Below, piece after piece: positions 1 to 10,956 of a stretch of DNA of 64,000 nucleotides. Each line of letters begins with the position of its first letter. The stretch's first letter is position 1. The DNA lies in the NCBI GenBank assembly GCA_002495675.1, contig DAGH01000025.1, positions 14,258 to 78,257 on the forward strand, in the 5' to 3' direction. Source of the stretch: Euryarchaeota archaeon UBA182 (GTDB lineage Archaea > Thermoplasmatota > Poseidoniia > Poseidoniales > Thalassarchaeaceae). Under the pieces are notes generated by a model. The model had not been told where the DNA came from. It was given only the letters and a program-made list of their open reading frames with translations, and did no database searches. Made by a program: the position numbers and the translations under genes.

Positions 1-1225
1 CATGGGAGGTCGAGAGAAATCCTATTTCGTACGCGGAGGGGGCTAGCATGAATCCCCGGTCCAACATTCCTTTGTGCAAGTCTGCGTATTTTTCCCCAGC
101 ATCTGATGGGATCATGTCCGCTCTTCTAGGTGGATCCTCGTTCCCGGGTGAGAACCAAAACAGGCTCTCCAGTCTAACCAATCTGAATGGATTGCCGAAT
201 TTTTCTAGGATTGGGCATACAAGCTGCTCTAATCTCTCTCCCATTGAGTCGAGTCTTGCATAAGCGGCATCGTCCAGCATTGAAAGGGTAGATTTCCCGG
301 CAGCCATCGCCAGGGGGTTCCCTGACAAGGTGCCAGCCTGGTAAACCGGGCCGAGAGGCGACAGATGCTGCATTACCTCTTTGCAGGCGCCATACGCGCC
401 AACCGGCAATCCTCCGCCGATTATCTTGCCAAGTGCAGTTATGTCCGGGGTGATTCCACAGAATCCCCCGTAGCTTCCCTCTCTAAATCTAAACCCCGAG
501 ATCACCTCGTCAAAGACAAGTAGTGTTCCATTATCAGTGCAGAGTTCCCTTAGTTCACGGAGGAACTCGTCCCGTTGAATCAGGAGGCCGTTGTTTGCTG
601 GGAGAGGTTCGATGAGGACTGCAGCAATTTTCTGCGGGTATTCCTTGAAGAGATATCTTACTGCATCGATGTCATCCAATGGGCTAACCAACGTAGTGGA
701 TATGGTGTCCTTAGGTATGCCGGGGCTGCTCGCGATGCCAAAAGTAGCCAGGCCGCTTCCGGAATTTACCAATAGGGCATCGATGTGTCCATGATAACAA
801 CCATCAAATTTCAGTATGTGGTCTCTGCCAGTGTAACCGCGCGCAAGTCTAACAGCGCTCATTGCAGCTTCAGTCCCAGAGGAGGTGAAGCGGACCATAT
901 CGACGTGGGAGAATCTCTCTTTTACCATTCTCGCCAACTCTATCTCTCCGAGATGTGGTGCACCGAATGAGGTCCCTCGCGACATAACCTCAGAAATATC
1001 CGCGATGATCTTAGGATGGGAATGGCCATGGATGAGGGGCCCCCATGATTGCACGAAGTCAACGTACTCGTTGCCGTCGACGTCAGTCACGATCGCGCCA
1101 TTGGCCTGTTGAAAGTAAACGGGACTTCCATGTACTGACTTGAATGCCCGTACGGGGGAGTTGACGCCTCCAACCAAATGGTCCTGCGCCTCGGTGTGGA
1201 GTATCGTGGAGTTGTGCCTTGACAT
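1..1225 (-). CDS. hemL: Glutamate-1-semialdehyde 2,1-aminomutase (3' end runs off the window)
   Basis: Hand translation from ATG at 1225: MSRHNSTILHTEAQDHLVGGVNSPVRAFK, later FDEVISGFR, GKIIGGGLPVGAYG, YQAGTLSGNP. GGAGG RBS upstream; follows hemB. Not in the ORF track. Confidence 0.95.
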   Translation of the reverse strand, partial: MSRHNSTILHTEAQDHLVGGVNSPVRAFKSVHGSPVYFQQANGAIVTDVDGNEYVDFVQSWGPLIHGHSHPKIIADISEVMSRGTSFGAPHLGEIELARMVKERFSHVDMVRFTSSGTEAAMSAVRLARGYTGRDHILKFDGCYHGHIDALLVNSGSGLATFGIASSPGIPKDTISTTLVSPLDDIDAVRYLFKEYPQKIAAVLIEPLPANNGLLIQRDEFLRELRELCTDNGTLLVFDEVISGFRFREGSYGGFCGITPDITALGKIIGGGLPVGAYGACKEVMQHLSPLGPVYQAGTLSGNPLAMAAGKSTLSMLDDAAYARLDSMGERLEQLVCPILEKFGNPFRLVRLESLFWFSPGNEDPPRRADMIPSDAGEKYADLHKGMLDRGFMLAPSAYEIGFLSTSH

Positions 1226-1238
1226 GTTAACAACCTCC

Positions 1239-2216
1239 CTAGACCCAACCCCGACCGATAGCTTCTCTAGTGTGGTAGCTGACGATTATATCCGCACCTG
1301 CTCTTTTGAATGATCCGAGTATCTCGACCACCATTTTGTGTCGATTTTCAACATCTGTGGCATGATCCATGACCATGGAATACTCGCCGCTGACGTTGTA
1401 AACGGCAACAGGCCTGTTGACCTTCGATGAGACTTCCCTTAGGACGTCCAAATAAGGCAGCCCAGGTTTTATCATCAAAATGTCAGATCCTTCTTGAACG
1501 TCCAGCTCCGCCTCAAGGATCGCCTCTTTGTAATCTGACCGGGGATCCATTTGGTGGCTAGATCGGTCCCCAAACGTAGGCGCTGATGAAGCAGCGCTCC
1601 GGAAGGGGCCGTAGAAGGACGAGGCATACTTTACGGAGTAGCTAAGCACACCAGTGGATCTCATCCCTTTCTCCTCAAACGCCCGGCGGACGGATCTCAC
1701 TCGGCCATCCATCATGTCTGACAGGCAGACATAGTCCGCACCTGAGTTTGCGTGAGAGAGTGATATCTTAACCAGCATGTCGACTGATTCGTCGTTCACT
1801 ATCACGCCATCTTGGACTAGTCCACAATGCCCATGGTCCGTTGAAGTACAAAGGCAGGAGTCCGTCATCACTACAATTTGGTCTCCGAATTTTTCTTTCA
1901 ATTTGCGTACAGTTTGTTGCAGAGGCATCTGATCGTCAGCTGCAGATGTACCATTTTCGTCCTTGTAGTGGTCTTCTAGGACGCCGAAGATCATGTGCGA
2001 TGTAATGCCAATGGATAGGTCGTCTGATATTTGTTTGATTAGGACGTCACTAGACTGCCTGTTAATGCCGGGCATTCCGGGTATTTGCTCGTTCACTCCC
2101 TTGCCGGACACGACAAAGTGGGGCTGGACGAGTGATTCAGCGATCGATTGACCAAAAACCAGGTTCCTCCTGGAGTGTGTCCATCTGTTTATTCTGGGCC
2201 TAATTTCCAACCTCAA
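1239..2216 (-). CDS. hemB: Porphobilinogen synthase (ALA dehydratase)
   Basis: DSCLCTSTDHGHCG Zn-binding motif, SDMMDGRV, KYASSFYGPFRSAA, MIKPG catalytic Lys, YNVSGEY. Confidence 0.96.
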   Translation of the reverse strand: MRLEIRPRINRWTHSRRNLVFGQSIAESLVQPHFVVSGKGVNEQIPGMPGINRQSSDVLIKQISDDLSIGITSHMIFGVLEDHYKDENGTSAADDQMPLQQTVRKLKEKFGDQIVVMTDSCLCTSTDHGHCGLVQDGVIVNDESVDMLVKISLSHANSGADYVCLSDMMDGRVRSVRRAFEEKGMRSTGVLSYSVKYASSFYGPFRSAASSAPTFGDRSSHQMDPRSDYKEAILEAELDVQEGSDILMIKPGLPYLDVLREVSSKVNRPVAVYNVSGEYSMVMDHATDVENRHKMVVEILGSFKRAGADIIVSYHTREAIGRGWV

Positions 2217-3913
2217 CCCTCCTCTGATCTTGATTCCCAGAAAGCGAGGATGTACTCAACCGTGGGCCCATCTAAGGTTTTAATGGCTGAGTCTTGGAAA
2301 TAAGGTGTTGTTTCCAATGCCGTTGTGGTGGATTTTCCCATTGAAAGAATGGTACTCGGCGATGGCAATCGGTTTTTGGCCCACGATTCTGCTGATGAGG
2401 GGGATGAAACCAATAGGACGTCGTTCTCAGATATGGAGAATCTTTCAACCTCTGTCTGCATGTTTTCATATCCAATCCATTGCCTGACCAGAAACCCCAT
2501 TTTGGCGAGAGATGTGCAAAAGGATTGGTCGGAGCTCGATGACCTCGGGACGAACAATGTGGACCCAGGGGGGAGGGAGTCCCGAATGTAGGTCACAAGG
2601 TTCTCGCTATTAATTGCCATTCCGCAGTAAGCAGCCGTAATGCCTGCTTGGAAACACGCTTTGTGTGTACCCTCGCCCAAAGTCAGCCAAGGTATCTTGG
2701 CGACCTCGGGATTCGATTCGGACACCAAAGCCGCACATTTGGCCGCGAAGGGAGAGGTCAACACGAGTATCGGCCAACTAGATTTCTTACTTTCAACGCT
2801 CAGGAAGTCCCGCGGCCATGCTTCTGCCAATGGGCTTAGTTTGACAACGGGCTTGTCTATGGTGGGAATCCCTTTTTTCCTCAGCTGGGTTGAAATTCGG
2901 TCTGAAGTCAGAGTGGTTATCAGAGTTGGCTTATTGCGGTCTATGTTCTCGGACACCTTGTCCTGTGATTTATTTTCGAAAATAAAACTTTCAAAATCAC
3001 CCTTATATCTGGCTATTTCGAAGGTCTCGCCCCGGGCGTACTTAGACCTCCAGTCACTGGGAGATACCGCGGTTGTAATCTTAGATCCCATGGACAGTAC
3101 GCCGGCGGGGTAGAGGCACCCGCCGCCAAGTTTCTTTAGGATGCTGCGCTCCCTCTCCACTTCGTCGAATGTCGGTTCATGGTTGAGAATTGTTCTTATT
3201 TTTTCAGTCAAACTAGAGTCTTCATCGCGACAGTGGACGGCTATTGCTCCCTGCCCTGGAGCAGTAGGCCAATCTTCCTCTCTGATCCTGGTTGCATTCA
3301 GGCCAAGATGCCGTTTTGAGATCTCATTCGACTCATATAGTCGTTTCAAACCAATCTCGGCCAATATGAGAAAACTGACTCGTCCGTCTAACAATCCATC
3401 CAACCTTGTTTCGATATGGCCTCGCACAGAAATGGGAATGATATCTGGCCGAGAACTCAACAAAAAGGATTGCCTCCTACCTGAAACTGTCCCGACTTTC
3501 GATTTCATGGGCAGATCCTCAAGTACGTCCATGAGGGGTTTCGAGGACTTGTTCTGGAGTACTTTAGAGAGTTTTTTCCATCCATTCATTTCTTTGGATA
3601 GTACGAAATCTGAAGTTGCGCCCCTAGCGAGATATGCAAGTGCTCTAATACCGCTTTTGGAATCCACTGGAACGTCCTTGGCCGAATGCACCGTGATATC
3701 TGCCTCACCTGAAATTAACAATCGGTCTATCCCATCGACAAATTGGCCCACTTTGGCGGACAAATCTCCTCCCAATGACCTATCGCCATGGCTGCTAATG
3801 GGAATCAGGACGCATTGCAGCCCAGCATTCTCTAACGCTTGTCTTACTTTAATGGCTTGAATGATTGCGAGCTTTGATTTTCTCGTTCCTAAACGGATCG
3901 GCTTCACCATCAT
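2213..3913 (-). CDS. hemC: Hydroxymethylbilane synthase fused to a C-terminal uroporphyrinogen-III synthase (HemD)-like domain
   Basis: IRLGTRKSKLA, VHSAKDVP, APGQGAIA, GGGC cofactor Cys. About 240 extra C-terminal aa with LVLTSP and VSSPSSA, typical of HemD. Confidence 0.88.
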   Translation of the reverse strand: MMVKPIRLGTRKSKLAIIQAIKVRQALENAGLQCVLIPISSHGDRSLGGDLSAKVGQFVDGIDRLLISGEADITVHSAKDVPVDSKSGIRALAYLARGATSDFVLSKEMNGWKKLSKVLQNKSSKPLMDVLEDLPMKSKVGTVSGRRQSFLLSSRPDIIPISVRGHIETRLDGLLDGRVSFLILAEIGLKRLYESNEISKRHLGLNATRIREEDWPTAPGQGAIAVHCRDEDSSLTEKIRTILNHEPTFDEVERERSILKKLGGGCLYPAGVLSMGSKITTAVSPSDWRSKYARGETFEIARYKGDFESFIFENKSQDKVSENIDRNKPTLITTLTSDRISTQLRKKGIPTIDKPVVKLSPLAEAWPRDFLSVESKKSSWPILVLTSPFAAKCAALVSESNPEVAKIPWLTLGEGTHKACFQAGITAAYCGMAINSENLVTYIRDSLPPGSTLFVPRSSSSDQSFCTSLAKMGFLVRQWIGYENMQTEVERFSISENDVLLVSSPSSAESWAKNRLPSPSTILSMGKSTTTALETTPYFQDSAIKTLDGPTVEYILAFWESRSEEG

Positions 3914-5193
3914 ACCCCCGGCTCAGCGGAAGCTTCAATCGAGGTCACCAATCGAGTTACGTCAATGGCTATATTTTGAAGGAGGGTCGAGTCGATTTCC
4001 CGTTTAGTTCCAATGACATATTTGTGTAAATCCCCCAAGTCAAAAATGCCGTCTTTTTGGCATATCCAACTCGCAATCTCTTTGGAGAAGGCTTCCAACT
4101 GTGGTTTTTCGTCATCTTCGAGGTCGTACTTTTCGGCCCATGTTGTTGGTTTGTCATTGAAGGCAGCGTATATCCTGGATCTAAATTTAGCTTTAGACAC
4201 GTTCTTCAGTGACATCTTGAAATTCTCCTCAATCTCACTTATGATTTCCACACCCCGTCTGGTGGTATCTTCATAGTTCCAGTCAATTCCAAGTTTCCTA
4301 GATCTTCGTATCCAGTACTCCATGTCGTAAAGCAGATCTCCTTCACGAACGCCGCCCTGTGTGAAGGAGGATGGCCAAGAAAAATCCATTATCACTGTGT
4401 TTCCATCGCTTGGAAAGGGTGATTCTTTTGTGAAGGTCGGCTTCTTATTCCTTAGTGTTGATATCACTAGGTCAGTATTCACTCCAGAATTGGCCCATTC
4501 TTCAAAGGACAGAATTTTTACTTTCTCAGTGAGGTCAGGGTATCGAAAGGCGGCATTCACAGGGTCACTGGAAATAACGGATATTCTCTCTTGGTCGAAT
4601 TCGATCAACGCCTCGACCGCTTTGGCGCCCATCTCACCAAAGCCAAGCACCAATGTATCTAGTTGCTCATTGCTTCTGATCATTTCTTTCATCGCATTTG
4701 TTGCCAAGTTTAACATCGACTCGGCTGTCTTGTCAAAGCCTAGTTCCTTCCTGACTGTGCGATTAGCGGCTATGACGTGATCGAAAAGTACGGAATTCGA
4801 GTGAGATATGTATTCATTCTCCTTGTGCCATGAAACGGTATCCCTGAACTGGCCCATGACCTGTAGCTCTCCCAGGATGAATGAGTCTAGGCCACTGCAT
4901 ATTTTCACCAGTACTCTCCATACCTCCATACCGGTTGAGATCTGAAAAGGGCATCCACGTACACCCGTGACGTTCTCTATGGCTGTGACCAATTCAGTTT
5001 CGTTCATCGAAAATCCGACATACAGGACCCTGTTGCAGGTGGAGAATTCCAAGACCTCCCCCCCAGCTGCTGATTTCAGGTTGGCAAGGTATTCTACCTT
5101 TTCTTGACTCGAGAAGCCTTCTGAGGTCAGTGCCTCGACGAAGTCTTTGGTGTCTGAATCGAGTTTCATGGAAGCCATTACAACTCCGTCCAT
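3910..5193 (-). CDS. hemA: Glutamyl-tRNA reductase
   Basis: STCNR catalytic Cys, SGLDSFILGELQVMGQ, GFGEMG NADPH-binding motif. Start placed at MDGVVM (5193) rather than the ORF-track start at 5379. Confidence 0.9.
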   Translation of the reverse strand: MDGVVMASMKLDSDTKDFVEALTSEGFSSQEKVEYLANLKSAAGGEVLEFSTCNRVLYVGFSMNETELVTAIENVTGVRGCPFQISTGMEVWRVLVKICSGLDSFILGELQVMGQFRDTVSWHKENEYISHSNSVLFDHVIAANRTVRKELGFDKTAESMLNLATNAMKEMIRSNEQLDTLVLGFGEMGAKAVEALIEFDQERISVISSDPVNAAFRYPDLTEKVKILSFEEWANSGVNTDLVISTLRNKKPTFTKESPFPSDGNTVIMDFSWPSSFTQGGVREGDLLYDMEYWIRRSRKLGIDWNYEDTTRRGVEIISEIEENFKMSLKNVSKAKFRSRIYAAFNDKPTTWAEKYDLEDDEKPQLEAFSKEIASWICQKDGIFDLGDLHKYVIGTKREIDSTLLQNIAIDVTRLVTSIEASAEPGV

Positions 5194-5561
5194 CGGGGAG
5201 TGAGGACGAGGGTGATTCACGGCGTTCCTACTGGATTCGGTGTGGGTGACATCAGATAAGTTCACAAGACCACTGGGTCGTCTAAGCATATTTATCACCA
5301 CGGTATTTTGTAATCCCTGACAAACGAAACTTTGTTGTTCCGGTGTCAAATACTCCAAATTCTGCCCATCGGTGCACAAGGTCTGCCCGACTTAATCTAC
5401 CGCGACAACGGACCTTAATTAACGCCAGCATAACATGGGACTAAATTTCCGTTAAGAGAAACTCCAAAAATGGCCTAAAAAACGAACATGATTGTTGTGT
5501 GATAGAGACTGACTGAATAACACTCAGCGGTGCATATTGAGGGTGTTGGATTGTGTCATAT

Positions 5562-5638
5562 TGGTGGACGCTGGGGGATTTGAACCCCCGGCCCCCTGGT
5601 TGCAAACCAGGTGCTCTTCCAAGCTGAGCTAAGCGCCC
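5562..5638 (-). tRNA. tRNA-Ala (TGC), CCA encoded
   Basis: Reverse complement GGGCGCTTAGCTCAGCTTGGAAGAGCA-CCTGG-TTTGCAA-CCAGG-GGGCCGGGGGTTCAAATCCCCCAGCGTCCACCA folds as a cloverleaf. Confidence 0.97.
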
Positions 5639-5690
5639 TATGGACGCCCGACAGAGGCATTGGTCTTGAGTGCATCCCCTCTGGAAAGGC

Positions 5691-6284
5691 TCAATCTCCT
5701 CCTTGCCTCATCAATACGATTCCGAACAATAACACAGACACGGCACCGATGGCCAAGCCCACCCTGGCATATGCCTCAGTGGGGCTGGAATCAGCCTCTT
5801 CTTCAGTTGGTTGGATAAGTGTTCCATCCTCGATGTGATTATCCTCAGAGAAGTGGGCAGTGAATGACAGATTGTCGGACACATATGTGCCATTCATGTG
5901 CTGGATCATGAACGAGACTGTCCCGGGGAGCAGTCCATTCGAGGGGCCCATCTCGAGCGTGTAGGTCACGGCACACTCTGGATCCGACTTGTTCCCCTCG
6001 CTGTCTAGGGCGCAGGAACTCGTCAGAATGGGGGAGTGCAGGTCGTCCGTGCCGGAGAAGTCGCCATCCCCGTCTACATCGACGAGGATCTGCTGGCTCT
6101 TGTTCTCCCCATCATCGACCATCATGAAGAAGATTCGATCGGTCGTGACCAGTATCCCTGCTGGTATTTCGGCAGGCGAAGTCCCATCCGATCTCAACAG
6201 AACGGTGTAGTCCTTCGCCTCGTGGGCCGATGCGGTTGGGCAGAGCAAAATGGCTACGACGATGATCAGGGCCCTCCCGCGCAC
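5691..6284 (-). CDS. Secreted, C-terminally membrane-anchored hypothetical protein (possible cupredoxin/Ig-like fold)
   Basis: Signal peptide RGRALIIVVAILLCPTASA-H, acidic body, C-terminal TM helix. GTG start at 6284 inferred. Paralogue of 12907-13731. Confidence 0.65.
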   Translation of the reverse strand: MRGRALIIVVAILLCPTASAHEAKDYTVLLRSDGTSPAEIPAGILVTTDRIFFMMVDDGENKSQQILVDVDGDGDFSGTDDLHSPILTSSCALDSEGNKSDPECAVTYTLEMGPSNGLLPGTVSFMIQHMNGTYVSDNLSFTAHFSEDNHIEDGTLIQPTEEEADSSPTEAYARVGLAIGAVSVLLFGIVLMRQGGD

Positions 6285-6324
6285 GATGGACGGGAGGGAG
6301 CCGAGTGTTTGAAGATGATAGGCT

Positions 6325-7749
6325 TCAATACCTGTATGAATCGGACTTGAAGGGGCCATCCTTGGTCACACCGATGTAGTCTGCCTGGTCTTTCGTCAGG
6401 CTGGTCAGCTTGGCTCCGATCCTGTTGAGATGGAGCATGGCCACTTCCTCGTCGAGCTCCTTAGGGAGCATGTAGACCTGCTTGCCATAGAGACCTTGGC
6501 TGGCCCAAAGGTCCATCTGCGCTAGCACCTGATTGCAGAAGCTTGTGGACATGACGAAACTTGGGTGTCCTGTCCCGCATCCCAGGTTCACGAGGCGCCC
6601 CTCAGCAAGCAGGTAGATCGAGTGACCCTCAGGGAAGTCGTACCTGTCAACCTGCGGCTTGATGTTGACGTGCGCGATGCTTGCCTCGCCTTGGAGGCGC
6701 TCGACCTGTATCTCATTGTCAAAGTGGCCTATGTTGCACACTATTGCTTGGTCCTTCATACTGCTAAGGTGTTCGAGAGTGATGATGTCCCTGTTGCCCG
6801 TCGCTGTTACGTAGATGTCGGCAGATCCCAATGTATCCTCCAACGTAGTGACTGTGTACCCCTCCATAGCAGCTTGCAAGGCGCAGATGGGATCAATCTC
6901 AGTCACGGAAACCCTAGCACCCTGAGCCTTCAGCGCAGCCGCCGAGCCCTTGCCGACATCTCCATAGCCACAGACGACTGCATGCTTCCCGGAGATCATC
7001 ACATCAGTGGCCCGCTTGATTCCATCCACGAGGGACTCCCTGCAACCATACAGGTTGTCGAACTTGGATTTCGTGACGGAGTCGTTGACGTTGATTGCTG
7101 GGAAAAGGAGCGTGCCGTCCTCAACCCTCTGATTCAGTCGGAGGACGCCGGTCGTCGTCTCCTCTGATACGCCGACGATGGATTCGACCATCTTTGTCCA
7201 TCTTCTTGGGTCTGCATTGTGTATATCCTTCAGGAGGGCCTTAATCGCGGCCTCTTCGGCAGACGCAGGTGGCTCATGCACCCAGTCGCTGCCTCCCTCC
7301 AATTCGTAGCCCTTGTGGATGAGGAGGGTTGCGTCGCCACCATCATCCACGATCAGCTGGGGGCCGTCATGGCCTTCATGGGAGAGTGCGAGATATGTGC
7401 ACTCCCAGTAGTCTTCAAGGCTCATTCCCTTCCAAGCGAAAACGGGGACGCCGGCTTCGGCGATGGCCGCAGCAGCGTGATCCTGGGTCGAGAAGATGTT
7501 ACAGCTTGCCCATCTGACCTCGGCCCCAAGGTCAACCAGGGTTTCGATCAGAACCGCCGTCTGGATCGTCATGTGGAGTGACCCGCTGACCCTAACGCCG
7601 TCCAGGGGTTTTGATTCGGCATATTTCGCTCGTATCTGCATCAGCCCGGGCATCTCATGCTCTGCGACCGAGATCTCCTTCCTCCCAAAATCAGCGAGAG
7701 CAGGGTCTGCAACCATGAATGGGGGAGGGTCGACTAGGGATTGGTTCAT
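6325..7749 (-). CDS. ahcY: Adenosylhomocysteinase
   Basis: [57 protein letters not shown], ending YRY. Start MNQSL at 7749 with a GGAG RBS. Confidence 0.97.
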   Translation of the reverse strand: MNQSLVDPPPFMVADPALADFGRKEISVAEHEMPGLMQIRAKYAESKPLDGVRVSGSLHMTIQTAVLIETLVDLGAEVRWASCNIFSTQDHAAAAIAEAGVPVFAWKGMSLEDYWECTYLALSHEGHDGPQLIVDDGGDATLLIHKGYELEGGSDWVHEPPASAEEAAIKALLKDIHNADPRRWTKMVESIVGVSEETTTGVLRLNQRVEDGTLLFPAINVNDSVTKSKFDNLYGCRESLVDGIKRATDVMISGKHAVVCGYGDVGKGSAAALKAQGARVSVTEIDPICALQAAMEGYTVTTLEDTLGSADIYVTATGNRDIITLEHLSSMKDQAIVCNIGHFDNEIQVERLQGEASIAHVNIKPQVDRYDFPEGHSIYLLAEGRLVNLGCGTGHPSFVMSTSFCNQVLAQMDLWASQGLYGKQVYMLPKELDEEVAMLHLNRIGAKLTSLTKDQADYIGVTKDGPFKSDSYRY

Positions 7750-7845
7750 GCTCCTTCCCAATGGAGGGTGTAAATTAGGATATGTACTGAGTCCGAGGGG
7801 CCAATCAACCGCGCGATTGAAGTTCGTCATTGCTGCGGGCGGACC

Positions 7846-9090
7846 ATGGCGCGCACGTTCACCTCGGAATCTGTGTCTTCTGGGCATCCCGACAAGCTGT
7901 GCGATGCGATATCCGACGCAATCCTCGACGAGTGTATCATGCATGACCCGGGTGCGAGGGTGGCGGTGGAGGCCTTGGTGAAGGGGGCCTCTCGTTCCAG
8001 CAACATCGTCCTGGCAGGAGAGGTATCGCTGGCGGGGGATCCTGAAATCGAATTCGAACAGATCGCCAGGAGGGTGGCTGTGGAAATCGGGTACGACGAC
8101 CTGTCGGTCGGGATGGATGCCTCAAACGAAGGAACCTGTGAAGTCACGTGCTTGATTGGGAAGCAATCTGCAGACATAGCCCAAGGTGTCGACTTTGGCT
8201 CTGGGATCGACCCCGACCAAGGAGCAGGGGACCAGGGGATAATGTTCGGCTATGCTACCATTGAGTCAAATTTCATCGATGGGGCCGAGGGGTTGCTGAT
8301 GCCCGTCCCCATCCTGCTTTCCCACATGCTAACCAACGCAACTACAGAGGCCATGCATACAGGGAAACTGCCGTGGGTCAGGCCTGATGCGAAAAGCCAG
8401 GTCTCGATCAGATACGATGGATTGGAACCAGTAGAGATAACCAGCCTTGTGTTGGCTGTCCAGCATGACGACCTTGCGAGTGAGATATTCGAAGGCGACG
8501 TCTCGAAAGAACACTCTTTCATCAGGTCAGAGGTCATTGAGAAGATCATCAAGAAGTTCATGCCGAGCCGCTTGCTAACGGACAACACAGAGATCGTCAT
8601 CAATGGTACTGGGAGGTTTCTTCTGGGCGGACCGCATGCCGATGCAGGGATAACGGGACGAAAGGTCATTGTGGACTCCTACGGAGGTATGGGCCGACAT
8701 GGAGGGGGGGCGTTCAGCGGGAAGGACCCCAGCAAGGTCGACAGGTCCGCGTCATACGCAGCAAGATGGGCTGCGAAACATGTCGTTGCAGCAGGCTTAG
8801 CTGATAAGTGCGAGATTCAGATCTCCTATGCCATTGGCGTCGCACAGCCAACGGCCATACACGTCGATACACAGGGAACTGGGGCACATGGCATTTCGGA
8901 CATCGAGATCGAACAGAGAGTGAGGGGTGCATTCGACTTTAGGCCCTCATCCATAATCGAGAGGCTCGGACTGAGGCGGCCGATCTATCGGAGGACCGCC
9001 GCAGGGGGCCACTTTGGGAGGAATCCCGATGATGACGGGGGATTCTCCTGGGAGATTCTGGACGACTCCATCCTCTCGTTGCTCTCTTGA
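7846..9090 (+). CDS. metK: Methionine adenosyltransferase, bacterial/eukaryotic type
   Basis: [55 protein letters not shown] signatures. Confidence 0.96.
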   Translation: MARTFTSESVSSGHPDKLCDAISDAILDECIMHDPGARVAVEALVKGASRSSNIVLAGEVSLAGDPEIEFEQIARRVAVEIGYDDLSVGMDASNEGTCEVTCLIGKQSADIAQGVDFGSGIDPDQGAGDQGIMFGYATIESNFIDGAEGLLMPVPILLSHMLTNATTEAMHTGKLPWVRPDAKSQVSIRYDGLEPVEITSLVLAVQHDDLASEIFEGDVSKEHSFIRSEVIEKIIKKFMPSRLLTDNTEIVINGTGRFLLGGPHADAGITGRKVIVDSYGGMGRHGGGAFSGKDPSKVDRSASYAARWAAKHVVAAGLADKCEIQISYAIGVAQPTAIHVDTQGTGAHGISDIEIEQRVRGAFDFRPSSIIERLGLRRPIYRRTAAGGHFGRNPDDDGGFSWEILDDSILSLLS

Positions 9091-9156
9091 CCTGCGCACC
9101 CGTGATTGAGTGTAGGGGAGCGATGGCTTCAACACGGCCCGCCTACACGGAATGCC

Positions 9157-10896
9157 ATGAGCAGGCAGCGTGCCGCAACCATCGCAGGCCTGTCATTGTC
9201 AATCCTCCTCCTACTAGGCTCGGCCGGAGTCTTACTTCTTGGAGAGGATGGAAGCTCGGACGTAGAAGTCTCAAACAGCATCATTGATCCATTGTTGCAG
9301 GACGATGGCCACGACCACAGAAATGCTAGCCAGCACGTACTCTCCACCCCCAACATAAAGCCCCTAGGCTATAATCCGCTGACTGAGCCTGGAAATGCCG
9401 AGGTTCAAGTGGCTGAGTCCCCAGACGGAAGGATATATGCCTACATCGCCGGATGGACGGAGATGCACATAGTCGACGTCACAGACCCAGAGAACACGAC
9501 GTGGATGGGGGAATACTACGACCCTAACACGCAGGTTCTGGATGTGAAGTACATCCAATACGATGGACGCGAGTACGTCGTGCTTCAGAACCAATTGGTC
9601 GATCCTGGGGCTGCAGACCCGAATGTGGGGGCATGGGAAGACCCCACTCAAGTGACCGTCACACTTGTCGAAGTGACTGACAAGGAGGACCCCCAGTGGG
9701 TCGGTGCCTGGTATGACGCCGACCACCCCAGCGGCCCGCACAACCTCTACACCCATGTCATCGACGGAGAGTGGTATATCTTCGTCGCCAACCCCGACTA
9801 CGACTCGTGCGACGTCGGACAAGGAGACGCATGCGGGGGGATAACCATCGCACATCTGAACTTCGATGGACCCAGCGACCAGCCAGTTATACTCAAGGTC
9901 GGCGAGGCCGAGGTGAACTGGGAGACAACTCTAGGTGGTTGGATTTACATCCATGACATGACCGTCCAGACGTGGCCTGGGGACGATCCAAATGACCCTC
10001 GCTTCGGCAAGACATACGTGTATGGGGCCTATTGGGAGGCTGGACTGAGGATCTTCGATGTGAGCGACGTCCCGCATCCAACGAACACCCCTCTTGAGTA
10101 TGCCTTCATCGCAGGAGGATGCGTCGTCACAATAGGAACCCAGTTGGGTTGCAACTGGAGAGCCCCTGAGGTCGGCCTCTGGATGGAGTATGCTGACTTG
10201 GACGGGGACGGCTCGCCTGACAGTGGCTACAATGGGAACGAGAACGGGGGAAGGGCCTCTTACATCCACTACGCCGAGCCAGTAGATGAAATGGTGGATG
10301 CGAGCCATCTCGGCTATCCCGAGGGGGAAATGCACCTTACTATCCTATCGACAGAGGTGCTCGAGACCTCTGTTGGCACCGGCATGTCATACCTCCTCGA
10401 CACCACCAAGTACGAGGAGGTAAACGGACAAGTCAGGTTCCTTCCAGAACTCATATACGACTACGAGATCCCATTCGCGGAGGACCACTTCATACCAGGT
10501 GGAGAGGAGTGGTTGCTATTCAGCCCGCACAATGCAGACACGCAAATCTTCTCCACGACCGGCGACTTCCAGGACACGAGCCACGGCGGAACTTGGGATG
10601 GTAGGATCTACCTCTCAAGCTACCACGCTGGGCTGTGGATCGTAGACATCGAGAGCCTGATGGTGGCGGGCTTGGGGGACGGCAACTCAACAGACGCGTA
10701 CTTCGACGCCACTGTGGGCTACCACTTGCCACACGGTGCCGATGGACAGCCCTTGGAGAGCGCCTTCTACGACTTCGGGTGGACTCCGTTCCTCTGGGCA
10801 GCGGAGTACCATGAGGGGTACACGTATCTGTCCTGCATCACCTCGGGCCTCTACATTGTCCAACTCGATATCGATGCCCCCTACGCCACGAGATGA
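9157..10896 (+). CDS. Secreted LVIVD-repeat-like beta-propeller protein
   Basis: N-terminal TM/signal, His-rich DGHDHRNASQH, repeated blades (HIVDVTDP, GLRIFDVSD, YHAGLWIVD, SGLYIVQLD), PHN and IHD motifs. Confidence 0.7.
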   Translation: MSRQRAATIAGLSLSILLLLGSAGVLLLGEDGSSDVEVSNSIIDPLLQDDGHDHRNASQHVLSTPNIKPLGYNPLTEPGNAEVQVAESPDGRIYAYIAGWTEMHIVDVTDPENTTWMGEYYDPNTQVLDVKYIQYDGREYVVLQNQLVDPGAADPNVGAWEDPTQVTVTLVEVTDKEDPQWVGAWYDADHPSGPHNLYTHVIDGEWYIFVANPDYDSCDVGQGDACGGITIAHLNFDGPSDQPVILKVGEAEVNWETTLGGWIYIHDMTVQTWPGDDPNDPRFGKTYVYGAYWEAGLRIFDVSDVPHPTNTPLEYAFIAGGCVVTIGTQLGCNWRAPEVGLWMEYADLDGDGSPDSGYNGNENGGRASYIHYAEPVDEMVDASHLGYPEGEMHLTILSTEVLETSVGTGMSYLLDTTKYEEVNGQVRFLPELIYDYEIPFAEDHFIPGGEEWLLFSPHNADTQIFSTTGDFQDTSHGGTWDGRIYLSSYHAGLWIVDIESLMVAGLGDGNSTDAYFDATVGYHLPHGADGQPLESAFYDFGWTPFLWAAEYHEGYTYLSCITSGLYIVQLDIDAPYATR

Positions 10897-10956
10897 GGGA
10901 CATCTGACCATCATCTTCAACAGCCTAGCCACCACCCGATGGGATGAGGTCCCCTC

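Noticed and set aside
7750..7845. SAM/SAH riboswitch between ahcY and metK
   Set aside because: Only 96 bp shared by two promoters; just a weak CAATC/GATTG stem and no recognisable riboswitch consensus.
7750..7944. ORF-track N-terminal extensions (ahcY to 7944; likewise hemA, pheS, the gcvH-like gene, 43280, 61574)
   Set aside because: They overlap neighbouring genes or promoters and precede the homologous start; downstream starts fit better.
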